Shown piece after piece: positions 19,270 through 28,926 of a stretch of 64,000 nt of DNA; position 1 is the stretch's first letter, and the number at the start of each line of letters is the position of its first letter. The notes beneath the pieces were generated by a model, which had not been told where the DNA came from, did not search any database, and saw only the letters and a program-made list of their open reading frames with translations. The stretch comes from an uncultured Chloroflexia bacterium (lineage in GTDB: Bacteria > Chloroflexota > Limnocylindria > Limnocylindrales > CSP1-4), in assembly GCA_963804575.1 (NCBI GenBank), contig CAWDQY010000007.1, forward strand, positions 144,411-208,410, read 5' to 3'. Position numbers and translations under genes: made by a program.

Positions 19270-20168
19270 GCCTGGCGCGCCTGGCGCGCCTGTGCCAGGC
19301 CGCGGCGCACACGCGGGATCAGTGGCAGCAGGTCGGTGGCCATGAGCCCGGCGTCACCCATGTCGATGCTGACCAACTCGCCGGCGAGCGCGTGCAGGTA
19401 CACCCCCAGGGCTGCGGCCTCGAACGGTCGCAGCCCCTGCCCCACGAGCGAAGCGACGACGCCGGCGAGGATGTCACCACTGCCGCCCGAGGCCAGCACG
19501 GGCAGCTCGAAGGGCGCCCTGACGACCTGGCCGTCGGGAGCGGCGATGACGGTGTGGGCACCCTTCAGCACGACCACCATCTGCCAGTCTCGGGCCGTCG
19601 CCGCGGCTGCCGCTGCGCGCGAGCTGTCGGTGCTGCCGGACTCGCGACCGAGCCGGCTGAACTCTCCAGGATGCGGCGTCACGATGACGGGCCGGTGCAC
19701 ACGGGTCCACCACCGGGGCAGCGTCGAGAGCGCGTCGAGCGCACCAGCGTCCACCACCGCGGGCACGCCCTCCGAGGCGAGCAGCGCCTGCACCAGGCGG
19801 GTGGTGCTGCGAGCGCGCTGCAACCCGGGCCCGAGCAGCAGTGCGTCGGCCGGCAGCGCCGCCACGTCGGCGGCAGCCTCGCGAGCGTCCAGCTCGTAGG
19901 GCGCCTGCTCCGGCAGGCCGTGCGTGATGAGCTCTGGCACCCGTCCAGCCAGCAGCGGCTGCAGTGAGGCCGGAACGGCGATGGTCACGAGGCCGCTCCC
20001 GGCGCGCAGGGCGGCCGCGCCGGCCATCAGTGCTGCGCCGGCGAAGTCGAGCGAGCCGGCCACGGCCACCACTCGCCCGAAGGTGCCCTTGTGGCCACGG
20101 GGATCGCGCTCGGGAAGCAGCTCGGCTGCGGCCGCCTGGTCGAGCAGCCTGATGGGCGCTGGCGTCAC
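19266..20168 (-). CDS. nnrD: ADP-dependent (S)-NAD(P)H-hydrate dehydratase (stand-alone NnrD / YjeF C-terminal domain)
   Basis: 'LLPERDPRGHKGTFGRVVAVAGS...LKGAHTVIAAPDG...ASGGSGDILAG'. No N-terminal epimerase domain is encoded upstream. Confidence 0.8.
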   Translation of the reverse strand: MTPAPIRLLDQAAAAELLPERDPRGHKGTFGRVVAVAGSLDFAGAALMAGAAALRAGSGLVTIAVPASLQPLLAGRVPELITHGLPEQAPYELDAREAAADVAALPADALLLGPGLQRARSTTRLVQALLASEGVPAVVDAGALDALSTLPRWWTRVHRPVIVTPHPGEFSRLGRESGSTDSSRAAAAAATARDWQMVVVLKGAHTVIAAPDGQVVRAPFELPVLASGGSGDILAGVVASLVGQGLRPFEAAALGVYLHALAGELVSIDMGDAGLMATDLLPLIPRVRRGLAQARQARQA

Positions 20169-20725
20169 CCCGGCGCTCCCCGCTCAGGCGCTCCCTCGTC
20201 GGTCGTCTCGGGTGTGGCAGCCAGTACCTGCGCCTGCAGCTCGCGCAGCTCGCGCATGCGCGCCAACAGCTGCTTCTCGCGGTCGCCCAGGCGCGCTTCC
20301 ATGTCCAGCGGGAAGACGAACTCACCACCCTCGGTGCGGATGCCGAAGGCGATGGCCACGGCGTACTCGTGCTCATGGCTGATGGACACCGCGACGCGCT
20401 GCATGCCCAGCTGGTCGGCTCGGCGCAGGGCACGATCGTGCAGTCGCACCATGGGCGCGCCGGTGGGCAGGCGGACGATCTCGATCTCGCGCCAGCCGAC
20501 GCCGCGCACACCCAGCCCGAGCACCTTGGAGACGGCTTCCTTGGCGGCCCAGCGGCCGGCGAAGTTCTCCGGGCGATCGCGCACGTAGGCATCCTCGTCG
20601 TCGGTCAGCACGCGCCCGGCGAAACGCCGGCCGTGCTTGGCGATGGCGTTGGCGATACGCTCGACCTTGACGATATCGATACCTAGCTCGGTGGTGCCCG
20701 GCGGCGCTGTCGGCAGCTCGCTCAC
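20165..20725 (-). CDS. acpS: Holo-[acyl-carrier-protein] synthase AcpS with a ~60-aa C-terminal extension
   Basis: 'ELGIDIVKVERI...AGRWAAKEAVSKVLG...WREIEIV'. The GTG start overlaps the glmS stop (GTGA). The extension contains 'REKQLLARMRELRELQAQVL'. Confidence 0.75.
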   Translation of the reverse strand: MSELPTAPPGTTELGIDIVKVERIANAIAKHGRRFAGRVLTDDEDAYVRDRPENFAGRWAAKEAVSKVLGLGVRGVGWREIEIVRLPTGAPMVRLHDRALRRADQLGMQRVAVSISHEHEYAVAIAFGIRTEGGEFVFPLDMEARLGDREKQLLARMRELRELQAQVLAATPETTDEGAPERGAPG

Positions 20726-22551
20726 TCGACCGTCACGGACTTGGCCAGGTTGCGCGGCTGGTCCACGTCGGTGCCGCGCACGACGGCCGTGTGGTAGGCG
20801 AACAGCTGCAGCGGGATGATGGCCAGGACCGGGCTCAGCATCTCCACCGTCGGCGGCACCCACAGGATGTCATCGGCGACGGCCTTCATGCGATCGTCGC
20901 CCTCGGTCACGACGGCGATGACGCGAGCGTCGCGAGCCCGTCCTTCCATGAGGTTGCTGACCAGCTTGTCGTGCACCGCCGTGCGCGTCGCCACCGCCAC
21001 CAGGGGCACCTCCGCGTCCAGCAGCGAGATGGGACCGTGCTTCAGCTCGCCGGCGGCATAGCCCTCGGCGTGGACGTAGCTGACCTCCTTGAGCTTGAGC
21101 GCGCCTTCCAGCGCCACCGGGTAGGTGATGCCGCGGCCCACGTACATGTAGCCGCGCGAGCCGACGTACTTCCGCGCCAGCACGGCTGTGGCTGCCTCGT
21201 TCATCTCGATGGTGCGCTCGGCGCTGGCCGGCAGGGCGCGCAACCCCTCCACCAGGGCCTGCTCGTAGAGCGTGTCGAAGCCGCCGCGTATCTTGGCGAT
21301 CTGGGCAGCCACCAGCAGCAGCGTCACGACCTGGGTCACGTAGGTCTTGGTGGCCACCACCGCGATCTCGGGGCCGGCCTGCAGGAACAGCACCGCGTCG
21401 GCCTCGCGCGTGATGGCTGAACCGACCGTGTTGGTCACCGCCACCACGGGGCAGCCACGCTCGCGCGCCAGGCGGGTCGGCGCCAGGGTGTCCGCCGTCT
21501 CACCCGACTGCGTGACGGCGATGACCAGCGTGCGCTGGTCCAGCGGTGGCGGATCGTAGCGGAACTCGGAACCGATGTTCCAGCGCGCCGGCAAGCCTGT
21601 CCACGCCTGCAGCGCCGTGGCCGCAACGGCGGCGGCGTAGGCGGCCGTGCCGCAGGCGACCAGCTCGATGCGCTCGATGTAGGGCAGGATGGCACGCAGC
21701 GGGTCCAGCTCGGGCACGCGGATCTCGTCCTGGTGGATGCGCCCCGCGATAGCGGCCCGGACGGCTTCGGGCTGCTCGTGGATCTCCTTGAGCATGTAGT
21801 GGTCGTAGCCGCCCTTCTCGGCGGCCTCGAGGTCCCAGTCGACCTCGTGGACGGGGCGTTCCAGCTCGCGGCCGACGAGGTCGGTGATGGAGACGCGGCC
21901 GGGATGGATGTCCGCGACGTCGCCATCCTCGAGGAAGATGACGCGGCGGGTGTGCGCCAGCACCGCCGCCACGTCCGAGGCCAGGAACATCTCGTCCTGT
22001 CCCAGCCCGACGATCAGGGGCACGTTCATCCTGGCACCGACCATGCGGTCGGGCTCGCCCTTGTGGATGACCGCCAGCGCATAGGCACCGTGGGCCCGCC
22101 GCAGGGCCGCGCGGACGGCCTCGGAGAGGTCGCCGTGGTAGGCCTCCTCCACGAGATGGGCGATGGCCTCGGTATCGGTCTCCGACCCGAACACGTGACC
22201 GGCCGCCTCGAGCTCGGCGCGCAGCTCGATGAAGTTCTCGATGATGCCGTTGTGGATGACCGTCAGCTCCCCGGTGCAGTCCACGTGGGGATGGGCATTG
22301 AGATCGTTGGGGCGCCCATGCGTGGCCCAGCGGGTATGGCCCAGTCCGGCCGTGGAAGAGGGTGCATCACCTTCGAGCGCCTCGCGCAGCACGGCGAGCT
22401 TGCCGGCCCGCTTCTTGACGAAGAGATCGCCGGTCCGGGTGATGAGGGCGATACCAGCCGAGTCGTAGCCGCGATACTCCAGGCGGGCGAGCCCCTCCAG
22501 TAGCAGCGGTGCTGCTTCATGATGGCCGACGTAGCCGACGATGCCACACAT
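20722..22551 (-). CDS. glmS: Glutamine--fructose-6-phosphate aminotransferase GlmS
   Basis: 609 aa. The N-terminal 'MCGIVGYVG' Ntn-amidotransferase start and two SIS domains are present. Confidence 0.95.
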   Translation of the reverse strand: MCGIVGYVGHHEAAPLLLEGLARLEYRGYDSAGIALITRTGDLFVKKRAGKLAVLREALEGDAPSSTAGLGHTRWATHGRPNDLNAHPHVDCTGELTVIHNGIIENFIELRAELEAAGHVFGSETDTEAIAHLVEEAYHGDLSEAVRAALRRAHGAYALAVIHKGEPDRMVGARMNVPLIVGLGQDEMFLASDVAAVLAHTRRVIFLEDGDVADIHPGRVSITDLVGRELERPVHEVDWDLEAAEKGGYDHYMLKEIHEQPEAVRAAIAGRIHQDEIRVPELDPLRAILPYIERIELVACGTAAYAAAVAATALQAWTGLPARWNIGSEFRYDPPPLDQRTLVIAVTQSGETADTLAPTRLARERGCPVVAVTNTVGSAITREADAVLFLQAGPEIAVVATKTYVTQVVTLLLVAAQIAKIRGGFDTLYEQALVEGLRALPASAERTIEMNEAATAVLARKYVGSRGYMYVGRGITYPVALEGALKLKEVSYVHAEGYAAGELKHGPISLLDAEVPLVAVATRTAVHDKLVSNLMEGRARDARVIAVVTEGDDRMKAVADDILWVPPTVEMLSPVLAIIPLQLFAYHTAVVRGTDVDQPRNLAKSVTVE

Positions 22552-22553
22552 CG

Positions 22554-23891
22554 CTACCGCTCCCTGTTGAGGCGTTCGGTGGCCAGCGCGGCCAGCCCGT
22601 CAGCCAGGCGACGCACACGATCGGGGTCACGCCCCTCGACCATCACCCGTAGAGCGGGCTCGGTACCCGATGCGCGCACCACGACACGCCCATCGCCGGC
22701 AAGCTCATGCTCGGCGGCCTCGACGGCATCGCACAGGATGCGGTCGGCACGCCACTCCTTGTTGCGGACGCGTACGGTGCGCTGCTCCTGCGGGTCCAGC
22801 GGGATGGCGGCCGCCAGCTCCGAGAGCGAGCGGCCGTTGCGGGCCAGGATGTCGAGGATCTCCAGGGCCGTGACGATGCCGTCGCCGGTGGTGGTGTGCT
22901 CGCGGATGATGACGTGGCCGCTCTTCTCGCCACCCAGACCGGCATTGGAGAGCAGCATCGAGTCGACGATGTGACGGTCGCCGACGGGCGTGCGCAGGAC
23001 GTGGCCACCGGCGTGCTCCACGGCACGGGCGAGTCCGCCGTTGGAGAGGATGCTGACGACGACCGTGTCCTCGGCGAGGGCATCGCGGGCGATGCGGTCG
23101 AGGGCGATGATGCCCAGCAGCTGGTCGCCGTCGACGACCGTGCCGTGCTCATCGATGGCCACGCAGCGGTCGGCATCGCCGTCGAGGCTGAACCCGGCGT
23201 CGCCACCCTGGCTGGCCACGATCGCCGCCAGCGCACCGGGGACGGTGGCGCCGCAGGCCAGGTTGATGTTGCAGCCGTCGGGCTGGTCGTAGTGCGGGCT
23301 CACCGAGGCACCGGTCGCGGCGAGGATCTCCGCTGCCACCGCCGACGCGGAGCCGTTGGCGCAGTCGACGTGCAGGCGCAGGTCGGACCCGACGCGCCGG
23401 GCCATCGCCAGGCGGTGCTCCATGTAGTGCCGCATGTCGGCGCGGGCGTCGACGACGCATCCCAGCTCGTCGTTGCGCGGTGAGCCCAGCTCCTCGGAGC
23501 GGATGATGAGCGTCTCGAGCTCGTCCTCCATCTTCTCGTCGAGTTTGAGGCCCTTGCCGTCGAGCACCTTGAGGCCGTTGTCCTCGGCCGGATTGTGCGA
23601 CGCGCTGACCATCACGCCGGCGGCGTAATCACCCACGGCGGTGACGTGGCAGAGCGCCGGCGTCGGACAGGTGCCCAGGACATGCACGTCGGCGCCGATG
23701 GAGGTGCCACCGGCCATCAAGGCCGCCACCAGCATGTCACCCGAGCGACGCGTGTCCTGGCCCACCAGGATGCGCCCGCCGGGCCCGGCCAGCTTGGACG
23801 CGACGGCGCGACCGAGGGCGTAGGCGAGCGTGGGCTTGAGGTCCTCGTTGGCGACGCCGCGGATACCGTCGGTGCCGAAGAGGCTGCTCAT
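22554..23891 (-). CDS. glmM: Phosphoglucosamine mutase GlmM
   Basis: 445 aa, 'LFGTDGIRGVAN...' with the active-site 'SASHNPAEDNGLK'. Confidence 0.95.
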   Translation of the reverse strand: MSSLFGTDGIRGVANEDLKPTLAYALGRAVASKLAGPGGRILVGQDTRRSGDMLVAALMAGGTSIGADVHVLGTCPTPALCHVTAVGDYAAGVMVSASHNPAEDNGLKVLDGKGLKLDEKMEDELETLIIRSEELGSPRNDELGCVVDARADMRHYMEHRLAMARRVGSDLRLHVDCANGSASAVAAEILAATGASVSPHYDQPDGCNINLACGATVPGALAAIVASQGGDAGFSLDGDADRCVAIDEHGTVVDGDQLLGIIALDRIARDALAEDTVVVSILSNGGLARAVEHAGGHVLRTPVGDRHIVDSMLLSNAGLGGEKSGHVIIREHTTTGDGIVTALEILDILARNGRSLSELAAAIPLDPQEQRTVRVRNKEWRADRILCDAVEAAEHELAGDGRVVVRASGTEPALRVMVEGRDPDRVRRLADGLAALATERLNRER

Positions 23892-25102
23892 GCTGCGGGC
23901 GCGACCGTGACGCGAACGGTCTCGGGGGTCAGTCGCACGACGCTGGTGCCGCGGGGTGTTTGGACGATGGGCATGACATCATTGTCGCCCACGGCGAGCT
24001 CGGCCACCGGAACCTCCGCGATGAGGTCCTCGATGGCGAGCTCGTCGAGCTGTTCCAGGGGGCCGGAGATGACCACGCTGATGGCGGCCTCCTCCACGCG
24101 GTACGAGTACGCGGGCTGGGCCCCCACGAGGGCCGTACCGACCTCGAACGCGCGTGAGCCGAGCGAGGGCGTCAGCGTCACCACGACCGTGACCGTCTCG
24201 TTTCCGGCGCTGGCCACGTCCTCGGGGAGGACGAGCTTCGCCTCCGTCACCAGCTCCACCGATTGGCCCGTGATGTCGACCGGCTCGGTGCTGATGAACT
24301 CGAGCTGGCGGATGGCGGGGTTCTCGCCGCTGACGGTGACCGTGCCGGGCAGCACCGAGACGTTGTCGACGCGCACGCCGCGCTCAGGCTCGCCGGTCAG
24401 CTCGGGAACGACCGGCAGGGTGGCATAGGCCAGCTGGCGGGCGACGTCTGCCTGCACCCGCACGCTGGCTGGATCGATATCCACCCCGGGCACGACCGCG
24501 CCGACCTCGTCGAACGCCTCGACGGTCACGTCCTGGTCGATGTCGATGCCGCTGGCATCGACCACGAAGCGCCCTTCGACGCTGCGCACGTTCTGCAGGC
24601 GGGAGGAAGCTCCGCTGATGGTGACGGCGCTGGGCTCGACGGCCACGGGGCCCATCTCGATGCCTTCGGGTAGCGGCCCGTGATCGGCCTGCACGGGCAT
24701 CACCCGCGAGACCACCTCGTCGACCCGGATCACCACGCCGGTCGGCTCGTGGCCGACGATGCGCACGCGCGGGTCCACCGGGAAGACGTCGACCGGTACC
24801 TCGACGGTGGTGGCCCCGATGCGCGGCTGCACCGAGGACAGATCGACGCTGGCGCGGAAGCTGTCATTGGAGATCTGCGCGGCGACGTCGTCGGGTGCCA
24901 TGTACTCGATGCGATCGACGGCGCCGGGGTCGTCCAGCAGCGCCCCGCCCGAAGGCGCGTTGAGCACCTCGATGGGCACGGGGCCAGTCCAGGTGCGCGT
25001 CGATTCGGAGATGGCGAGCCCGGCGTACAGCACGACGGCCAGTCCCAGTGCGGTCAGCTTGAGCGGCCAGTTGGAGAACAGCCAGCCGCGCAGAGCCCTC
25101 AT
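23888..25102 (-). CDS. cdaR: YbbR-domain protein CdaR (regulator of the diadenylate cyclase CdaA)
   Basis: An N-terminal transmembrane segment is followed by repeated YbbR-like beta domains. The ATG at 25102 overlaps the cdaA stop. Confidence 0.75.
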   Translation of the reverse strand: MRALRGWLFSNWPLKLTALGLAVVLYAGLAISESTRTWTGPVPIEVLNAPSGGALLDDPGAVDRIEYMAPDDVAAQISNDSFRASVDLSSVQPRIGATTVEVPVDVFPVDPRVRIVGHEPTGVVIRVDEVVSRVMPVQADHGPLPEGIEMGPVAVEPSAVTISGASSRLQNVRSVEGRFVVDASGIDIDQDVTVEAFDEVGAVVPGVDIDPASVRVQADVARQLAYATLPVVPELTGEPERGVRVDNVSVLPGTVTVSGENPAIRQLEFISTEPVDITGQSVELVTEAKLVLPEDVASAGNETVTVVVTLTPSLGSRAFEVGTALVGAQPAYSYRVEEAAISVVISGPLEQLDELAIEDLIAEVPVAELAVGDNDVMPIVQTPRGTSVVRLTPETVRVTVAPAA

Positions 25103-25944
25103 CGCTCCTCCACCGCGTCCTCGCCGCGACCGCGCCCGCCGACCCACGGCGCGCGCAGCCCCATGTCGCCCGGGGCCAGCAGGCCGTAGAGCCGCTGCCG
25201 CAGCTCATCCTCGTCAAGGTCGCGCCAGATGGTTCCACCCTGCGCCAGGCTGATACCACCGCTCTCCTCGCTCACCACGATGGCGAGCGCATCAGTCTGC
25301 TCGGAGATGCCCAGGGCCGCCCGGTGGCGCGTGCCGTACTGCTCCAGGGAACCCTCCCGGTCGGTCAGCGGCAGCATCACCGCGGCCGCGACGATCTGGT
25401 CGTCGCGGACGATGACGGCGCCGTCGTGCAGCGGGTAGCCGGGCGCGAAGAGCGATGCCAGCAGCTCGGACGAGAGCTCGGCGTTCATCATCACGCCGGC
25501 CTCGGCCATGTCCCCGAGCGCGGTGTCCCGCTCGACCACGATGAGCGCCCCAGTGCGGCGTCGCGAGAGCCTGGCCGCCGCGGACGCCAGGAGGGCAGCG
25601 ATGCGCTGGTAGCCGCCGCTGTCGGCAGGACCCAGCCAGGCCCACGAACCGACGCGGCCGAGTCGGTCCAGGCCTCGGCGCAGCTCGGGCTGGAAGACCA
25701 CCACGAGCGCCACCAGGCCGACCACGGCACCGGTCTGCAGGATGCCGGAGAGCAGCTGCAGGTCCAGCTCCTGGGCGAACACGTACACGGCATAGACGAT
25801 GGTCGCGCCGATGGCGAGGCGCACCGCACGCGTGCCCTGGATGAGTCGCAGCAACAGGTAGATCAGGATCGCGGTCAGGAAGATGTCCAGGAGCGCGTTC
25901 GGCTCGACCCTCAGGCCCGTGGCGACGTCACCTAGCAGATCCAT
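25099..25944 (-). CDS. cdaA: Diadenylate cyclase CdaA (c-di-AMP synthase, three N-terminal transmembrane segments + DAC domain)
   Basis: 'DGAVIVRDDQIVAAAVMLPLT...TRHRAALGISEQTDALAIVVSEESGGISLA' matches the DAC domain. It occupies the conserved position upstream of cdaR-glmM. Confidence 0.85.
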   Translation of the reverse strand: MDLLGDVATGLRVEPNALLDIFLTAILIYLLLRLIQGTRAVRLAIGATIVYAVYVFAQELDLQLLSGILQTGAVVGLVALVVVFQPELRRGLDRLGRVGSWAWLGPADSGGYQRIAALLASAAARLSRRRTGALIVVERDTALGDMAEAGVMMNAELSSELLASLFAPGYPLHDGAVIVRDDQIVAAAVMLPLTDREGSLEQYGTRHRAALGISEQTDALAIVVSEESGGISLAQGGTIWRDLDEDELRQRLYGLLAPGDMGLRAPWVGGRGRGEDAVEER

Positions 25945-26000
25945 CGACGGCTGAGCCTACCACCGCGGCCGGAGTGCGGCCGCCCTCGACACCGGCACGC

Positions 26001-26747
26001 TCAGCGCCAGGATGAGGCGAGCCGCTCGAGCTGCGGGCTCAGGCTCCTGAAGTCGCGCGCCAGCGCACACAGGGCAGCCCGGCGGCGCGGGTCGTCGTCG
26101 ATGTCGAGCCGGCGCTCGATGAGCAGGGCGCGCTGCTCACCGTGCTCGACCCAGCCCTGACGCAGGTACAGCATGGCCATGGTGAAGTGGACGTCGATGT
26201 TGCCGGGACGAGCCTCCAGGGCCCGCAGGCAGGCGTCGATGGCGGCATCGCGATCGTTGACGGCGGCGTAGCCGCTGGCTGCCGTCAGGTAGGCCATCAC
26301 GGCGACGTCGAGGTCACCGGCAGCACGAGCCGCCGCGCCATTGATGACGTGGCTTTCGAGCTCGAGCGCCAACGGGTCGGCCGTGGCTGTGTGGCGCTCC
26401 CCTGCTCGCGCCATGGCTTCGAGCTCGGCGGCGCGCATGCGCAAGGCGCCAGCCTCGAGGTCCCGGCCGGCGGCTTCCAGCGCAGCCGCCTTGCCGCGCA
26501 TGGCATCGCGATCGGATGGGGCGCGCTCGAGGGCCTGGTCGAAGGCCGACAACGCCTCTTCCGGCTGACGCATCTGCAGGTACACGTTGCCCATCGAGAT
26601 GAAGGGCAGCGGACGCTCGGGCACCAGGGCGCCGGCTTGCTCGTAGTGCTCGACGGCCTCGCGGGGGCGGCCCTTCACCACGGCCAGGTGGCCACGCCGA
26701 AGCGCTTCCTTGTAGCGTGTGGAGACGGGATCGCTCATCGACACCAA
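26001..26747 (-). CDS. TPR-repeat protein
   Basis: Several 34-residue TPR-like repeats ('AVEHYEQAGALVPERPLPFISMGNVYLQMRQPEEALSAFDQALE'). Confidence 0.7.
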   Translation of the reverse strand: MVSMSDPVSTRYKEALRRGHLAVVKGRPREAVEHYEQAGALVPERPLPFISMGNVYLQMRQPEEALSAFDQALERAPSDRDAMRGKAAALEAAGRDLEAGALRMRAAELEAMARAGERHTATADPLALELESHVINGAAARAAGDLDVAVMAYLTAASGYAAVNDRDAAIDACLRALEARPGNIDVHFTMAMLYLRQGWVEHGEQRALLIERRLDIDDDPRRRAALCALARDFRSLSPQLERLASSWR

Positions 26748-26832
26748 GCATCGGGCAGGAGGACCTTCAAGGACGATACCTCGAAGGTCCCGGGTCGCAG
26801 ATAGGTGTGGTGTCCGGAGGTCCGGGGCGGTC

Positions 26833-26858
26833 GGCCCATCCGCCCGGGGCGGTGGGCC
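26833..26858 (-). terminator. Candidate GC-rich hairpin downstream of rpsI
   Basis: A 'ggccca ccgcc ccg ggcgg a tgggcc' nested stem sits 30-55 nt after the rpsI stop. The U-tract is weak. Confidence 0.3.
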
Positions 26859-26889
26859 AGCCCGTCCAGGGCCGAGCGCGGGGCGTGCG

Positions 26890-27288
26890 CTAGCGCTTGG
26901 TGAACTGGGGCGCCTTGCGTGCCCGCTTGAGGCCGTACTTCTTGCGCTCCTTCATGCGCGGGTCGCGCGAGAGGAGACCAGCCTGGCGCAGCGGCAGGCG
27001 AGCGCCTTCAGGATCCGACTGCAGCAGGGCCCGAGCGATGCCATGGCGGATGGCGCCGGCCTGGCCATGATGACCACCGCCCTGCACCTTGACCATGGCG
27101 TTGTAGCGACCCTCGGTGCCGGTGACACGGAAGGGCATCAGGATGTCGGCAAGGTCGACGGCGTTGCCGAAGTGCTCCTCCAGGCTGCGGCCGTTGACGA
27201 CGACCTCACCCTCGCCGGCGAGCAGCCGGACACGGGCGGTGGCCGTCTTGCGGCGACCGGTGCCCTCGTGGAAGGTGGCCTGGTTCAT
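26890..27288 (-). CDS. rpsI: 30S ribosomal protein S9
   Basis: The C-terminal '...[17 protein letters not shown]' is typical of S9. Confidence 0.95.
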   Translation of the reverse strand: MNQATFHEGTGRRKTATARVRLLAGEGEVVVNGRSLEEHFGNAVDLADILMPFRVTGTEGRYNAMVKVQGGGHHGQAGAIRHGIARALLQSDPEGARLPLRQAGLLSRDPRMKERKKYGLKRARKAPQFTKR

Positions 27289-27731
27289 GCGGTAGCGCCT
27301 CCTGCCGGAGCGGGGACCGGCTGCTGTGCCTCGTGCGGATGATCCTTGCCGGCGTAGACCTTCAGCTTGCGCAGCTGCTGGGTGCCAAGCTTGGTGTGCG
27401 GCACCATGCCCTTCACCGCGCGACGCACGACCTCTTCCGGTCGGCGCGCCAGCAGGTGGTCGAGCGATTCCTCGCGCAGGCCGCCGGGATAGCCGCTATG
27501 GCGGTAGTAGCGCTTCGACTCCAGCTTGTTGCCGGTGACCCTGATCTTCTCGGCGTTGATCACGATGACGTGATCACCGGTGTCGATGTGCGTCGAGTAG
27601 GTGGGCTTGTGCTTGCCCGTCAGCAGTCGCGCCACACGCGTGGCGAGACGGCCGAGCGTCTGACCGTCGGCGTCGACGACCAGCCACTGGCGCTCGATCT
27701 CACTTGCCTTTGGCGTGTAGGTCCTGCTCAT
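27285..27731 (-). CDS. rplM: 50S ribosomal protein L13
   Basis: '[30 protein letters not shown]'. Its start overlaps the truA stop. Confidence 0.95.
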   Translation of the reverse strand: MSRTYTPKASEIERQWLVVDADGQTLGRLATRVARLLTGKHKPTYSTHIDTGDHVIVINAEKIRVTGNKLESKRYYRHSGYPGGLREESLDHLLARRPEEVVRRAVKGMVPHTKLGTQQLRKLKVYAGKDHPHEAQQPVPAPAGGATA

Positions 27732-28522
27732 GGTCCCTGTCGTTCTTCCTTGTCGTTTCCTGTCCTGGGAGGTCCGATCGTCACCCGTCGCAGGCAAAGC
27801 CCCTGCGCTGGGACGACCGCCCCGTCGAAGGCCCGGCCGGGTGAGCGCAGCTCGGCGACCAGGTCTTCCGTCGTGGCCCGGCCCATCCCGATCCGGATGA
27901 GCGCCGCCACGATGCTCCGCACCATCTGCCGCAGGAAGGCGTCACCGACCAGGTCGATGGTGACCAGGCGGTCGCGCCGTTTCAGCCGGACCTCGTACAG
28001 CGTCCGGATGGCAGTGTTCTGAACGCGCCCGAAGGCCGAGAAGTCGTGCCGACCCACCAGCTCATCGGCGGCGGCCTGCATGGCCTCGACATCGAGGCGT
28101 TCATCGAGTTCGTAGTGGTAGCGGCTGCGCAGCGGGCTGCGCGGCCCCGTCCAGATGCTGTAGCGGTACTCCCTCCTCGTCGCGGCGCGACGAGGATCGA
28201 AGTCGAGTGCTACCCGCACCAGCTGCCCGATCGCGACGTCAGGGGGCAGGAGCGCCCCGATGGCCAGACCCAGCTGCTTGGCGGTCATGCTTCCCGTCCA
28301 GGTGAACGCGATCACCTGGCCGCTGGCATGCACCCCGGCGTCCGTCCGACCGGCCGCTTTGATCTGGATGCGAGGGCCACCCGACAGGTGGGCCAAGACT
28401 CGCTCCAGCTCTCCCTGGACGGTCCGACGTCCAGGCTGAGCCTGGAAGCCGGCGAACTCGGTGCCGTCGTATTCGACCCGTGCGCGGTACCGCACGGGGC
28501 CGCCCTCTCGGGCGTGCTTCAT
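27728..28522 (-). CDS. truA: tRNA pseudouridine(38-40) synthase TruA
   Basis: '[17 protein letters not shown]...[16 protein letters not shown]'. Confidence 0.9.
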   Translation of the reverse strand: MKHAREGGPVRYRARVEYDGTEFAGFQAQPGRRTVQGELERVLAHLSGGPRIQIKAAGRTDAGVHASGQVIAFTWTGSMTAKQLGLAIGALLPPDVAIGQLVRVALDFDPRRAATRREYRYSIWTGPRSPLRSRYHYELDERLDVEAMQAAADELVGRHDFSAFGRVQNTAIRTLYEVRLKRRDRLVTIDLVGDAFLRQMVRSIVAALIRIGMGRATTEDLVAELRSPGRAFDGAVVPAQGLCLRRVTIGPPRTGNDKEERQGP

Positions 28523-28569
28523 CTTGTCCGTCCTGCCGCGGCGCTGGCGCGCCCGACCTGGCGGGTTGG

Positions 28570-28923
28570 CTAGACCAACTCGAGCTGGACCATCGGGGCG
28601 TTGTCGCCGGCGCGAGGGCCAAGCTTGACGACCCGGGTGTAGCCCGAGTTGCGATTCCCGTAACGGGGCACGATCTCGTCGTAGAGCTTCTCGATCACCA
28701 GTGGCTCGTTGGGCAGCTCAGCCACGATGCGACGTCGCTCCGCCAGCGTGCCGCCCTTGGCGAGGGTGATGACCCGCTCGACCATGCCGCGCACTTCCTT
28801 GGCGCGCGCCTCCGTGGTCTTGATCTGTTCGTAGCGCAGCACGGCCACGATGAGGCTGGCGTAGAGCGCCTGCCGCGGTGCCGTCTTGCGTCCGAACTTG
28901 CGCCCGTCGATGCGATGAGCCAT
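28570..28923 (-). CDS. rplQ: 50S ribosomal protein L17
   Basis: 'MAHRIDGRKFGRKTAPRQAL...'. Confidence 0.95.
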   Translation of the reverse strand: MAHRIDGRKFGRKTAPRQALYASLIVAVLRYEQIKTTEARAKEVRGMVERVITLAKGGTLAERRRIVAELPNEPLVIEKLYDEIVPRYGNRNSGYTRVVKLGPRAGDNAPMVQLELV

Positions 28924-28926
28924 CGC

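Noticed and set aside
19474-20592. Possible N-terminal NnrN epimerase domain or a separate gene upstream of nnrD (372-aa ORF)
   Set aside because: The frame is Arg/Ser/Pro-rich junk that overlaps acpS. No YjeF_N motifs are present. NnrD appears to be a stand-alone dehydratase.
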